64,000 bases of DNA from the IMG/VR virus record IMGVR_UViG_3300020057_001237; one strand, given 5' to 3'. Below the pieces are notes generated by a model. The model did no database searches and was not told where the DNA came from. It was given only the letters and a program-made list of their open reading frames with translations. Source of the stretch: an uncultured virus (IMG/VR IMGVR_UViG_3300020057_001237). Lineage: Duplodnaviria > Heunggongvirae > Uroviricota > Caudoviricetes. A program made the translations under genes and the position numbers. Positions 55,640 to 64,000 of the stretch are shown piece by piece (positions within the stretch are counted from its first letter, which is position 1; every line of letters starts with the position of its first letter).

Positions 55640-56101
55640 TTACGAAGCTTCTTCGGTCTCTTCGGTGCCAGCAGTCTGAACTTCTGCTAAGATATCCTTC
55701 AAGATCTTCCTCGAAGGAGCTTTGAGAAATTTGCTTGCTCCAAGCTCGCCGAGAGCCCCCATGGCGGTGTCCGACACGTCACCACGGGTCTCAGTCGCCA
55801 AGTTAAAGAACTTCTCGGCGAGGTTCTCGATGATCTCTTCACGGTTGATCTCGCCGCCGTTGCTCCACTTGCCTGTTTGAACGGCGAGGTTCACTTGGCA
55901 GACGAAACGGCTGAAGGCACTGATGGCAGAGTTCTTGCGTGTCGCTTTCTTGGCGGGTTTAAATCGCTCCAAAATCTCTTCATAGGTAACGGACACGACG
56001 GTCTCACACTGCTCTTGCCCGAATGGGGTAGTCTTCGTCGCCTCGCAGACGATGTTTAGGGTTTGACCCGGACGAAGCTCAGGAACGCTATGGGTAGTCA
56101 T
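55640..56101 (-). CDS. Hypothetical protein
   Basis: GGAGG RBS before MTTHSVPE at 56101. Confidence 0.65.
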   Translation of the reverse strand: MTTHSVPELRPGQTLNIVCEATKTTPFGQEQCETVVSVTYEEILERFKPAKKATRKNSAISAFSRFVCQVNLAVQTGKWSNGGEINREEIIENLAEKFFNLATETRGDVSDTAMGALGELGASKFLKAPSRKILKDILAEVQTAGTEETEEAS

Positions 56102-56160
56102 ACTACTTTCCCTCCAACTGCTTAAATTTTGAACGCTGACACTGGTGATTAGGTGAAGTG

Positions 56161-56189
56161 ACGCTAAGGGCTTCTCGGGTTCTGTGCAA
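56161..56189 (-). promoter_or_regulatory. Sigma70-like promoter
   Basis: TTGCAC-17-TAGCGT on the - strand. Confidence 0.45.
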
Positions 56190-56237
56190 GTCTTTTTTTC
56201 AGCCAGCGTAAGATTCTTTAAAAATAGGGGAGCCAGT

Positions 56238-56738
56238 ATGCAAAGCTTGACAAAAGTTGGAGATTTCAACGTAGACCTTCAAGGTCGAGATCCCCACAGT
56301 TTAGATCCAGTTACCAAAAAACAACTACTCTTCTTGGTTTATCAGACCATTTTGAAGGGTATGGGTCAGCCGGAGAAGTCGTCGGCATTCAAATCCCTGA
56401 TCGACAAGATGCCTGCCCACGACGTTGATCTTGAGTGGAAAGCCATCACTGACGGCACCGTAACTAAAGGTTTGAAGTCCTTTTTAAGTGGTGGCATGGA
56501 CGCTGAAGATCTGCACGGTCTTGCAGGTCTCTTTGATGGGATTGCTAAACCATTCTTTACTGAGTACGACGGGCAAGTTCCTGAAGACGATATGAAGTGG
56601 GCACACAACGAGATCAAAGACTTCTTCGATAAGGTCTACGAGAAACAACACCAAAAAGCTCTCAATGGTCCGCAAAACCGTCGTCTCACCGCTAAGGCAG
56701 TTGTAGGAGGTAAATATCGTGTGGTCGCCAAGAAGTAA
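56238..56738 (+). CDS. Hypothetical protein
   Basis: GGGGAG RBS before ATG 56238. Confidence 0.65.
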   Translation: MQSLTKVGDFNVDLQGRDPHSLDPVTKKQLLFLVYQTILKGMGQPEKSSAFKSLIDKMPAHDVDLEWKAITDGTVTKGLKSFLSGGMDAEDLHGLAGLFDGIAKPFFTEYDGQVPEDDMKWAHNEIKDFFDKVYEKQHQKALNGPQNRRLTAKAVVGGKYRVVAKK

Positions 56739-57633
56739 AATTGCTTCTAAGTACAACATCGTCAGTGACTACGAACAGTGGAAAGCTGGTCGGTGGGTAC
56801 ATTACGGGCGTCAGCCATTTCTAAAAATAAACCCTCAACAGTTTCACCAAGATCCTGCGGGTATCTACCTCTTCCCTGAAGACTTCCGCACGATGGGTTC
56901 GTGGCATTATTTTCCCTACAAGTTCTTTGTGCAGCTTGATCCTTCTCTTAAGGTCTTAGATCTAGCCGATTACAAAACCAAAGAGAGCTGCGAAGAGCTT
57001 TACAAAAAACTTAAGTCCGAGCCTGGCAAGTCGTGGAACGCTTACAGTAACGAGAAAACGGAAAGGCATATCGACCTTTTGTGGGAAGATCTAAAAACAC
57101 GCCATTCACCTGGCTCTTTCACCAAGCTTCTGCTTTCGGCAGGGTTTGATGCCGTCTTTGACGACACCAACTCTATTTTCTCAGGTGAAACGCAGCTCAT
57201 AGTTTTGAACTTGAAGAAGCTCGGCAAGATCACGAGACAGGACAAGAAAGGCTTCGGCTTCGCACTCGTGCGGTCAGTAGCCGACGAGCTTAAAGCTGCG
57301 TTAGAAAAGTTCGGGACCGTAACCGAGAAAAGACCGAAGACGGAGTTCTCGGGGTGGGACAAGAGCTTTGTGACTTCTATGAAGGTTTATGTTGAACATC
57401 CTACCGACGTAAAAAGCCACGGCGGCAAGAAAACTGCCACCTTTGAGATTAGAACAAATCCCGGTGCGGGCTCTGACCCTAAGGTTGCACGCCCTGTAGA
57501 CAAGATCACGGTTGAGACGTTGTGGAGCAAGGGCAAAGGCTTTCACCGCAGCTCTGACACCCGAGACTTCAATTTTAAAGATTGGCTGCCTGACATCGTG
57601 GAAGCCGTCGAACGTTTATTTGGAGAATCCTAA
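56719..57633 (+). CDS. Putative ADP-ribosyltransferase-fold protein
   Basis: WVHYG...GIYLF...KVLDL...GFDAV...GETQLIVLN follows the H-Y-E ART strand order; AGGAGG RBS. Confidence 0.5.
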   Translation: MWSPRSKIASKYNIVSDYEQWKAGRWVHYGRQPFLKINPQQFHQDPAGIYLFPEDFRTMGSWHYFPYKFFVQLDPSLKVLDLADYKTKESCEELYKKLKSEPGKSWNAYSNEKTERHIDLLWEDLKTRHSPGSFTKLLLSAGFDAVFDDTNSIFSGETQLIVLNLKKLGKITRQDKKGFGFALVRSVADELKAALEKFGTVTEKRPKTEFSGWDKSFVTSMKVYVEHPTDVKSHGGKKTATFEIRTNPGAGSDPKVARPVDKITVETLWSKGKGFHRSSDTRDFNFKDWLPDIVEAVERLFGES

Positions 57634-57634
57634 A

Positions 57635-58087
57635 ATGTCATTCATCAAAAAGATCTCAGCGAACTCAGACCGTGAAAAGAAGTGCAAGATGCACATCTTC
57701 CTCCCGGAGACGATGGAGCTTTCCGCTGAATTTAGGTACGCTTTCCAAGAAAGCCTCTTCGACAAATTTGCTAGACGAAACTTCGACTCTCAAGACGACG
57801 TAGATGCCGTCAACGATGAGATCGCAGAACACGTCACCTTCGTCTTGAAGCACGCCATTCCTTCGCTTTGGACGTTCTTCAATCGCTACCTCCGTGAGAA
57901 GTCGCCCTATTTCGGCGTGAAGTCGATCACAATCGAGGATGAGCCTAAGCTGATTTGGCAAGACAAAGCATCCCCAAGCGAGCTTTTGAAGGACAATGCC
58001 TGCGTCTTAAAGATCGAGTTCTTTGTCATGGAGAAGGAACTGGCTTTTGATCTTCAAACTATTGTGGAAAATCACCCTAAACCCTAA
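57635..58087 (+). CDS. Hypothetical protein
   Basis: GGAG RBS before ATG 57635. Confidence 0.6.
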   Translation: MSFIKKISANSDREKKCKMHIFLPETMELSAEFRYAFQESLFDKFARRNFDSQDDVDAVNDEIAEHVTFVLKHAIPSLWTFFNRYLREKSPYFGVKSITIEDEPKLIWQDKASPSELLKDNACVLKIEFFVMEKELAFDLQTIVENHPKP

Positions 58088-58105
58088 GAAGATTTATACT
58101 TCACG

Positions 58106-58134
58106 TTTAAACTTCCACCAGTCTTGGGTATGAT
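58106..58134 (+). promoter_or_regulatory. Possible promoter giving a leaderless transcript
   Basis: TTTAAA-17-TATGAT ending 7 nt before ATG 58142; no RBS. Confidence 0.4.
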
Positions 58135-58141
58135 GTGAAGT

Positions 58142-61100
58142 ATGACTCAGCAAAGAATTGATACTACATCCGTTGTCGATATTCGGGACGAGGTTATCCT
58201 CGCTTCCCAAGATCACTTAGCAGCCTCTCCTGTCGTTACGTACAGTTTTCTACCCGCAGACGTTTCCCCGGTCGTAGACGAAATAAACATACCAAGCCAC
58301 GGTCTTAACAATGGCGATGCTGTGTACTTCTACAGTACCAATATGCTGCCTACTGGTCTGTCGCCTTACACGACCTACTACATAATAAACACTACGCCGA
58401 ACACCTTCAAGGTTTCTGACACCTACAACGGTGCGTCAGTTGATATCAACTTTGCAGGCGCAGGAACGCACACGATAACTACGGGCTTAGCTGTTAAACA
58501 GTACGATCCTTGGGATGATGTCTTAAGTGCGCTAAATAATTTTGCACTGACACCTTCCACGGTCGTCTCCGCTATGGACGCAGCCTTTGCTCCAAGCGTA
58601 GGTAACCCCTTCGTCACGAACTCCCACTTGGATCTTCTTGTCGGCGGTAACAAGAACTTTGTTTTGATTGGTCCGACCGGCTCCGACGCCGACTTCATTG
58701 GCAACAATAAGACGCCGTTTACGGACGCCATAACCTATCTTCAGGGAAGAGACGGCACGACTGAAGGCGGTTGGATCGTTGTCCTCCCAGGTACTTACAC
58801 TTTCACATCGACCCTTTCAGTTCCAGACGGCATTCGCATAGAAGGTCTCCACCCTGAAACGACCTTTTTGGTTTCCTCTGGAAACTTTGCTGTTGTCGAT
58901 CTTGCCGGAAGCAACGCTTGTTTGGACAAGTTTTCGCTTCAAAGTGCTGCCGCTACTACGCAGCCGACGCTTAAGATCACCGGACAACGCTGCACAGCCA
59001 CGCTTTGTAAGATGGTAAGCTTCGGCTTCTCTGCACTACAGCTCACCGGTATGCGAAACACTGTGAAGGCGTGCCGCATTCAAAGCTCTGCCGTTCTTGC
59101 CAACCCCGCCGTCTTCTTGCAAGGTATTCAAAACAAAATCGAGCATTGCTCTTTTGCGGGTACGTTGTCGGGTGGAGCAGTCAAAATTGAGGGCGATGGT
59201 GGTGGCGTCTTCGCTAACTATTTCGCTGCAACTATGACGGGCTTTGCTTACAAAGTCTTAAGTAACTCGGTGAACAACACGAGACTCATTGCTAACTACT
59301 ACGGCTCTGCGGCGTCCGTCGCTCTGTCTTTGGACGCAGGTAGTGATACCGTTCGTTACGCCAACATGCCTAACGCAGGTGGCGTGAACGATAACAACTT
59401 TTTGGTTCCCCTTCAACGCTACACCGGTCAGCCCACGTTGAACACAGACACCGTAACTACGGTGACGCCTGCCGGTGCTTTAGGTACTCCCTTTTCGTTT
59501 CCGGTAACGGATGACGATTTAACGACGATCACTTCAGATCTCGACCTCTTTCTTGAACGTACTTTTGAAGAACGCAACTGGTTCCTGACTTCGACCGATC
59601 CTACCTTCGACGGGGTAGGTGCGCCTTTATCGGGTATCTTCGCTTGGAACGGCACGACTTTGACCTTTCCACAGTTCTACGTGCAGTCAGTATTCGCACG
59701 CAATGCGAGATGGGTAATCAACGCAGGCTCGGCGAACCTGTCGGCAAACCAAGTGCTCTACGTCGATATCGACCAATCGTTGGCTGGTATTGACATCGTA
59801 CTAGTACCCCAAGTTGGAACGAAACCTTTAGCTTTAAATAACCCAAACCTTAGCCAGAGACTTGTTTTGGCGTTAGGCTTAGGAAGCAACGCCGCTCTTT
59901 GGACACAAGGCTACCGCCTGCTGACAGCTCTTACATCTTTCGACGTGGAAGGAACGCCACTTCCACTTGTTCGCTTCGTTGGTCTTACTGAGTCCCGCAA
60001 CCCTGCCGTACCCTTCGACGGTTTCAGTGCTACGGCTCAAGCAAACCTCGTCGATAAACTCTCAGCGCAGTCTGCTCATCTAAAGTTGCAGTTCGAAAGA
60101 ACCAACGTCAGCTTAGAGCCCCTTACGGCTAATGCTGAGTTCTCAAGTGAAGCCATTGCGGGAGCTTGGCTAGTCGAGCCGCTGGCGTCGTCGCTACCTG
60201 CAACCCCTACGCACATCCTCCAAGTAAAGGGTTCCGCTTACGCCCTTGTTCCGGCGTCCGGTATTTACCGGTACCACCGTGACGGTGCGGCGTGGTCTCT
60301 TGTTTCAGGAAATCCCGGAACTGCGCCTTTCACAGCGATGGCACCTTTCCTCTCTGGACTTGCACTTCTGCAAACCAACGGCGGCGTCGTAAGCTACGAC
60401 CCTGACGCAATCGGCGGGACGACGTGGACCTCCTTTGGTCCATCGTTAAGTTCTAAAGTTACATCGGTAGTTCCTTTCGCATCTTCCCGACCGTCAGGCT
60501 TTATGCCGGGTGGGCAAGCGGACTACGCCGTACAGACGCCGAACCATTCGATCTTTACGACGCTTGACGGCTACACTGTAAGGTTCTCGCTTCAAAACAA
60601 TGCCGTTGACATCATCCCTAGAGTCTTTACGGAAGGTGCTAGGGATACAGGGCTTTTGTCGTTCAGCCAAAGGGATACCGGCTACAACTCGCTTCGAGAT
60701 CCCGTTGACGGCTTTGAGCTTTTAGACAACGGTTTAACGAAGACTTGTGCGTTACCTGTTGGCTTCAAGGGCAAATTCCTTCCCGGTAAAGACTCGCTCT
60801 TCGATGAATTTAAGGCGACTAAGTTCGACAGCCTTCTTGTTGAAAACTTCTCGCACGATTCTCATAGTGGTTCTTTCTTATGTATTGCGAAGAATACTCC
60901 TCTAACAAAATACTACATTATTGGTGGCGGTAAAGACGTAGCGTATCTCTACGACGTTTTGACCATAGCAAGTGCTCCACAGTTTACAAACTTCACGGCG
61001 CATTTTTGGGCTGCCTTAGCTGCTAAGCAACAAGTGATCTGCACAGGCACGTTGACTTCCACAGGTGCTTTCGCTGCTTTGATCGGTTCCGCTTCGGGTG

Positions 61101-64000
61101 GGACGTGGACTTGGATCAACCAAACTTTAGGCGGGGCAACTACTAGCGTTGGCTCCATAGGCGTTTACGACCACTACTACGGCGGCACTAACGTCGGCGA
61201 CTTCTACGCCCTTGCTTCTAACCCGTCCCGCACTCAGCGTCCGACCCTTTGGAGACGTGACGGTATTACTGGCTCGTGGACGTTCAAAACGTTCAACAGC
61301 GTCGTTTCTTTACCTGAGGACGTGTTAGTCCCGGCAGGTGTCGCCAACTCTTACATGTATATAAAAGCGACGGACGCTATAAGCGGCTACGGCGTAGCAT
61401 CTCCCGCTGCGATTTCTTTCTTAGTGGCTGACGGGTCTCGAAGCAACAGACCGACGATGTTCTATTTCAATAGGACGGCAACTTACGGCGGTGTTCGTTT
61501 AGGCGACGTTGCAGGTCCGACAGTGGACGTAGTGAGTGCCGCAGCTACATCTTCCTCTGCTACGAAGTCGTGGGGAGGAAGCTATTCTTACCACGCTCAC
61601 ACGCAGTTTTGGTTTGTCACCGACACTTTAACGACAAACAAATACTTCATGCAGCACCAAGACACGGGCTTTCTTGCATGGAGTAGTGGAACAGTTGCGA
61701 CGGCACTGACATGCTCATTTATAGGGCGCAGCGGTAACCTGACAGCTTGTAACAATTTCATCTACAATACTTACAGTGGTTCTGCTCCGTACAAGTTCCA
61801 AGTCTTGGCAGATCAAGGCGTAGTGACGCTGACAGCGAACAGTCTTACTGTTACTTCGACCTCCATCTTGAGTATCGGCGTTACAACCGACGACCACGTA
61901 GGCACGCTGACTTGCTTCTCAAGCGGGGAAACTTCAACCTACATGCCGTCTCTTGGTTCATTCCGTGCGGGTGAGCCTAGCATTTCGATTGGTTCCTTCG
62001 TCGAAGAGTCGAAGACTTTCGTTCAAGGTGCAGGCTTCGGCAATGACCCTGACCTCGGCGGCGGTATTTTTTGGTACGAGCCCGGCTCTTACGTAAAGAG
62101 CTTGGCGAAGAATATTTGGGCAGGTCTTAACCGTGGTGGTTATCTTTGGATAGCTGACTCGTCTAAGAGCACACGGCAGACGGAGTTTTCTCCGAACCTT
62201 GCCACAGTTCGTGGTGACGTTTTAGTTACAAACTTAGGCTCTGCTTCCTCTTACGACTACGCATTCGACGGTACCGGAACTAATATCGGCTTCGTTTATC
62301 CTGACGCCGCCAACGGCAATAAGCTCGGGTTTGTCATCTATGACGTAGCAACTGCCACACTATCGGCACCAGAAAGGGCAGGGTTCGCTCCGCTGAACCC
62401 GCCAGGAACTTCGGCTGTAATCGGCATCCCCCGCATCGTCTATAACCCGACGACGGTCTCTTGGGATATCACTGTCCAAGACAACAGCAGGACAAGTGGT
62501 AATGGGCAGCTAGCATTTTACAGACGACCTGTAGCGTCAGCAGCTTGGGTCTTGGAGACAATTGGTCCGGCAACAGATCCAGGTGCTACCAAGGTTTTAG
62601 CTTCGATGACGGACGGCAACGGCAAAAACCCGTCGAGAGCGGCGATTGCCGCCAACGGCGACGTAGTTGTGGCGACTGAAGCAAGCTCTTCGAGCAACCT
62701 TCTCGTCGCCGTTAGGCAACAGTCCAACGAGCAATGGCTCACTGTTACAGCGACCTTGAACCCTATTACTGGCGGGGGCTTCGCTTCACCGCAGATTGCA
62801 ATCTCAGGAACGACTTATTGGATCTTCGGTAACCGGGATTCTTTAAGTGTGGCGAAAGTTATTACGACCACCAACTATTTGAGTTGGTCGGCTGCTACGT
62901 CGTTTGCAACTTCGACGACCTATAACCGTGCTCAAGAAGTCACCGTATTTCCTTACAGCGACGGCGTGGCTGTTGCTGCCAAGCTTGCGAACGTCTCGCC
63001 ACTTGCGGGTACTCTGAAAGAGTTCGGCGTCTTCCGTTTCTACAACGCCTTCGCCGTCAGTACGAATATCGTATCTGCTAACGGCAGACTTCAGTCCGCA
63101 TTTTTAAGCGGCGACGAAGAAGCCGACTACACGCAATTGTCGTTCGGCTACAGCGGTGCCCTTATGATGGCAGCTCGTCGTCCCGGTCGGTTCACAGACC
63201 ATTGGTCAGTGCGTCTCAGCAATAACCAATGGGCAAACTACGGTGACAGTGCATTAGGCAGCGGTCGTCTGCTTGCTATCGGCAACAAGACTTTCCGGGA
63301 AAACTATCAAGGCGTAGACGGCGTAGATCTTATTCACGAATTTGACAGCACGGAAACAAGGATACGGACTTGGACGGATCTCCCGGTAGCCGAAAGAGAG
63401 TTGGGGCAATACATCGCCCTACGTTATCCATTCAGTGCAGACGGCTCTGCGGCACGCCTTTTCCGCTACGGCAATCCAACGGTGGGAATGACTTCCGACA
63501 TCAACTTACAAAACGGTCAGCTTCCTACGGTCACCGCTCGGCAGTGGCTAACTGTCGTCGGTTCAACGAGGGTGCAAGGTGGAGCAGGAGCTTCCGTCTT
63601 GCAGCACGGCTCCATGCTGTTTGTTGCAGCTCCACCAAGCACTACGAACACACTTTACTTTGGCTCCGCTACCGTTGGGACAGCGGGTCTGTTCAGAATT
63701 GATCCTCAAGATACATTGACGATCAAAGGAAGCTGGAAACTAAGTGCCCCAAATAACGCAGGTCGTTCATACACTATTACTGGACCGCTCACGTTTAACC
63801 TTGATGCTTCTACCTTAGGACATCTAGTCTTGAACTTCCCTACGGCTTCAAGCTTGACCTTAGATGCTGCCGCGAATCCGCTTAGCTATTGGCAGGACTT
63901 GAACCACTCCCAAACGAACTACGCCGTCGTGTTAGGTGAGTTGCGGTCTGTGCATTTTTTCCTCTACGGTTTACCGCAAGAAAACTCGCACTTATCCAAA
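58142..64000 (+). CDS. Giant tail fibre/tailspike paralogue 4 (at least 1953 codons, runs off the window; absent from the ORF track)
   Basis: MTQQRIDTTSVVDIRDEVI...APSVGNPFVT...IGPTGSDADF...VLPGTYTF...EERNWFL is homologous to paralogues 1-3; the same frame is still open at 64000 (..LYGLPQENSHLSK). Confidence 0.85.
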   Translation, partial: MTQQRIDTTSVVDIRDEVILASQDHLAASPVVTYSFLPADVSPVVDEINIPSHGLNNGDAVYFYSTNMLPTGLSPYTTYYIINTTPNTFKVSDTYNGASVDINFAGAGTHTITTGLAVKQYDPWDDVLSALNNFALTPSTVVSAMDAAFAPSVGNPFVTNSHLDLLVGGNKNFVLIGPTGSDADFIGNNKTPFTDAITYLQGRDGTTEGGWIVVLPGTYTFTSTLSVPDGIRIEGLHPETTFLVSSGNFAVVDLAGSNACLDKFSLQSAAATTQPTLKITGQRCTATLCKMVSFGFSALQLTGMRNTVKACRIQSSAVLANPAVFLQGIQNKIEHCSFAGTLSGGAVKIEGDGGGVFANYFAATMTGFAYKVLSNSVNNTRLIANYYGSAASVALSLDAGSDTVRYANMPNAGGVNDNNFLVPLQRYTGQPTLNTDTVTTVTPAGALGTPFSFPVTDDDLTTITSDLDLFLERTFEERNWFLTSTDPTFDGVGAPLSGIFAWNGTTLTFPQFYVQSVFARNARWVINAGSANLSANQVLYVDIDQSLAGIDIVLVPQVGTKPLALNNPNLSQRLVLALGLGSNAALWTQGYRLLTALTSFDVEGTPLPLVRFVGLTESRNPAVPFDGFSATAQANLVDKLSAQSAHLKLQFERTNVSLEPLTANAEFSSEAIAGAWLVEPLASSLPATPTHILQVKGSAYALVPASGIYRYHRDGAAWSLVSGNPGTAPFTAMAPFLSGLALLQTNGGVVSYDPDAIGGTTWTSFGPSLSSKVTSVVPFASSRPSGFMPGGQADYAVQTPNHSIFTTLDGYTVRFSLQNNAVDIIPRVFTEGARDTGLLSFSQRDTGYNSLRDPVDGFELLDNGLTKTCALPVGFKGKFLPGKDSLFDEFKATKFDSLLVENFSHDSHSGSFLCIAKNTPLTKYYIIGGGKDVAYLYDVLTIASAPQFTNFTAHFWAALAAKQQVICTGTLTSTGAFAALIGSASGGTWTWINQTLGGATTSVGSIGVYDHYYGGTNVGDFYALASNPSRTQRPTLWRRDGITGSWTFKTFNSVVSLPEDVLVPAGVANSYMYIKATDAISGYGVASPAAISFLVADGSRSNRPTMFYFNRTATYGGVRLGDVAGPTVDVVSAAATSSSATKSWGGSYSYHAHTQFWFVTDTLTTNKYFMQHQDTGFLAWSSGTVATALTCSFIGRSGNLTACNNFIYNTYSGSAPYKFQVLADQGVVTLTANSLTVTSTSILSIGVTTDDHVGTLTCFSSGETSTYMPSLGSFRAGEPSISIGSFVEESKTFVQGAGFGNDPDLGGGIFWYEPGSYVKSLAKNIWAGLNRGGYLWIADSSKSTRQTEFSPNLATVRGDVLVTNLGSASSYDYAFDGTGTNIGFVYPDAANGNKLGFVIYDVATATLSAPERAGFAPLNPPGTSAVIGIPRIVYNPTTVSWDITVQDNSRTSGNGQLAFYRRPVASAAWVLETIGPATDPGATKVLASMTDGNGKNPSRAAIAANGDVVVATEASSSSNLLVAVRQQSNEQWLTVTATLNPITGGGFASPQIAISGTTYWIFGNRDSLSVAKVITTTNYLSWSAATSFATSTTYNRAQEVTVFPYSDGVAVAAKLANVSPLAGTLKEFGVFRFYNAFAVSTNIVSANGRLQSAFLSGDEEADYTQLSFGYSGALMMAARRPGRFTDHWSVRLSNNQWANYGDSALGSGRLLAIGNKTFRENYQGVDGVDLIHEFDSTETRIRTWTDLPVAERELGQYIALRYPFSADGSAARLFRYGNPTVGMTSDINLQNGQLPTVTARQWLTVVGSTRVQGGAGASVLQHGSMLFVAAPPSTTNTLYFGSATVGTAGLFRIDPQDTLTIKGSWKLSAPNNAGRSYTITGPLTFNLDASTLGHLVLNFPTASSLTLDAAANPLSYWQDLNHSQTNYAVVLGELRSVHFFLYGLPQENSHLSK

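Noticed and set aside
1632..63702. Numerous short antisense or alternate-frame ORFs in the track (e.g. 3739-4218, 7095-7547, 25561-26220, 38474-39001, 63370-63702)
   Set aside because: They shadow well-supported genes and lack an RBS or motifs
47156..64000. Diversity-generating retroelement or invertible fibre cassette
   Set aside because: No reverse transcriptase, recombinase or adenine-specific TR/VR pair seen in the window; shared DNA (e.g. near 47700 and 50760) is ordinary paralogy
1..64000. Stop-codon reassignment as in some large phages
   Set aside because: Genes are long and uninterrupted in the standard code, and TAA, TAG and TGA all end plausible genes
1..64000. tRNA or rRNA genes
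   Set aside because: No cloverleaf/T-loop pattern found by eye in the few intergenic gaps; tRNAscan would confirm

Overview
This window is a gene-dense segment of a large, contractile-tailed (myovirus-like) dsDNA phage genome in the standard genetic code. It has four blocks. (1) About 1-21.9 kb, mostly + strand: a transcription/replication/recombination module with a divergent sigma70-family factor, gp32-like SSB, RecA/UvsX, a catalytically dead DnaQ-like protein, DnaX, SbcC and SbcD, a KH protein, an SF2 helicase, DnaB, a beta-clamp-like protein, a frameshifted UvsY-like gene and a metallophosphoesterase. (2) About 21.9-27.9 kb, - strand: an accessory cassette of exported proteins (trypsin-like lipoprotein, M1 peptidase, collagen-like lipoprotein behind a sigma28/FliA-type promoter, tandem-thioredoxin lipoprotein). 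It resembles the exported-protein repertoire of predatory bacteria such as Bdellovibrionota, but that host assignment is inference only. (3) About 27.9-31.4 kb: Hsp20, Nudix, a secreted HNH protein and a degenerate nucleoside-deoxyribosyltransferase-like protein. (4) About 31.5-64 kb: baseplate genes (hub fused to lysozyme and an M15 peptidase, spike, gp25-like, J-like, large wedge/fibre) and four paralogous beta-helix tail fibre/spike genes. The last of these (58142 to beyond the window end, at least 1953 codons) is missing from the ORF track. An ADP-ribosyltransferase-like gene sits among the fibre genes. The strongest leads are the sigma28-driven exported-protein cassette, a set of pseudo-enzymes, a sigma factor lacking region 4, a structured SSB leader RNA and modular shuffling among the tail fibres. 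All functional calls come from reading motifs by eye; no database search was run.
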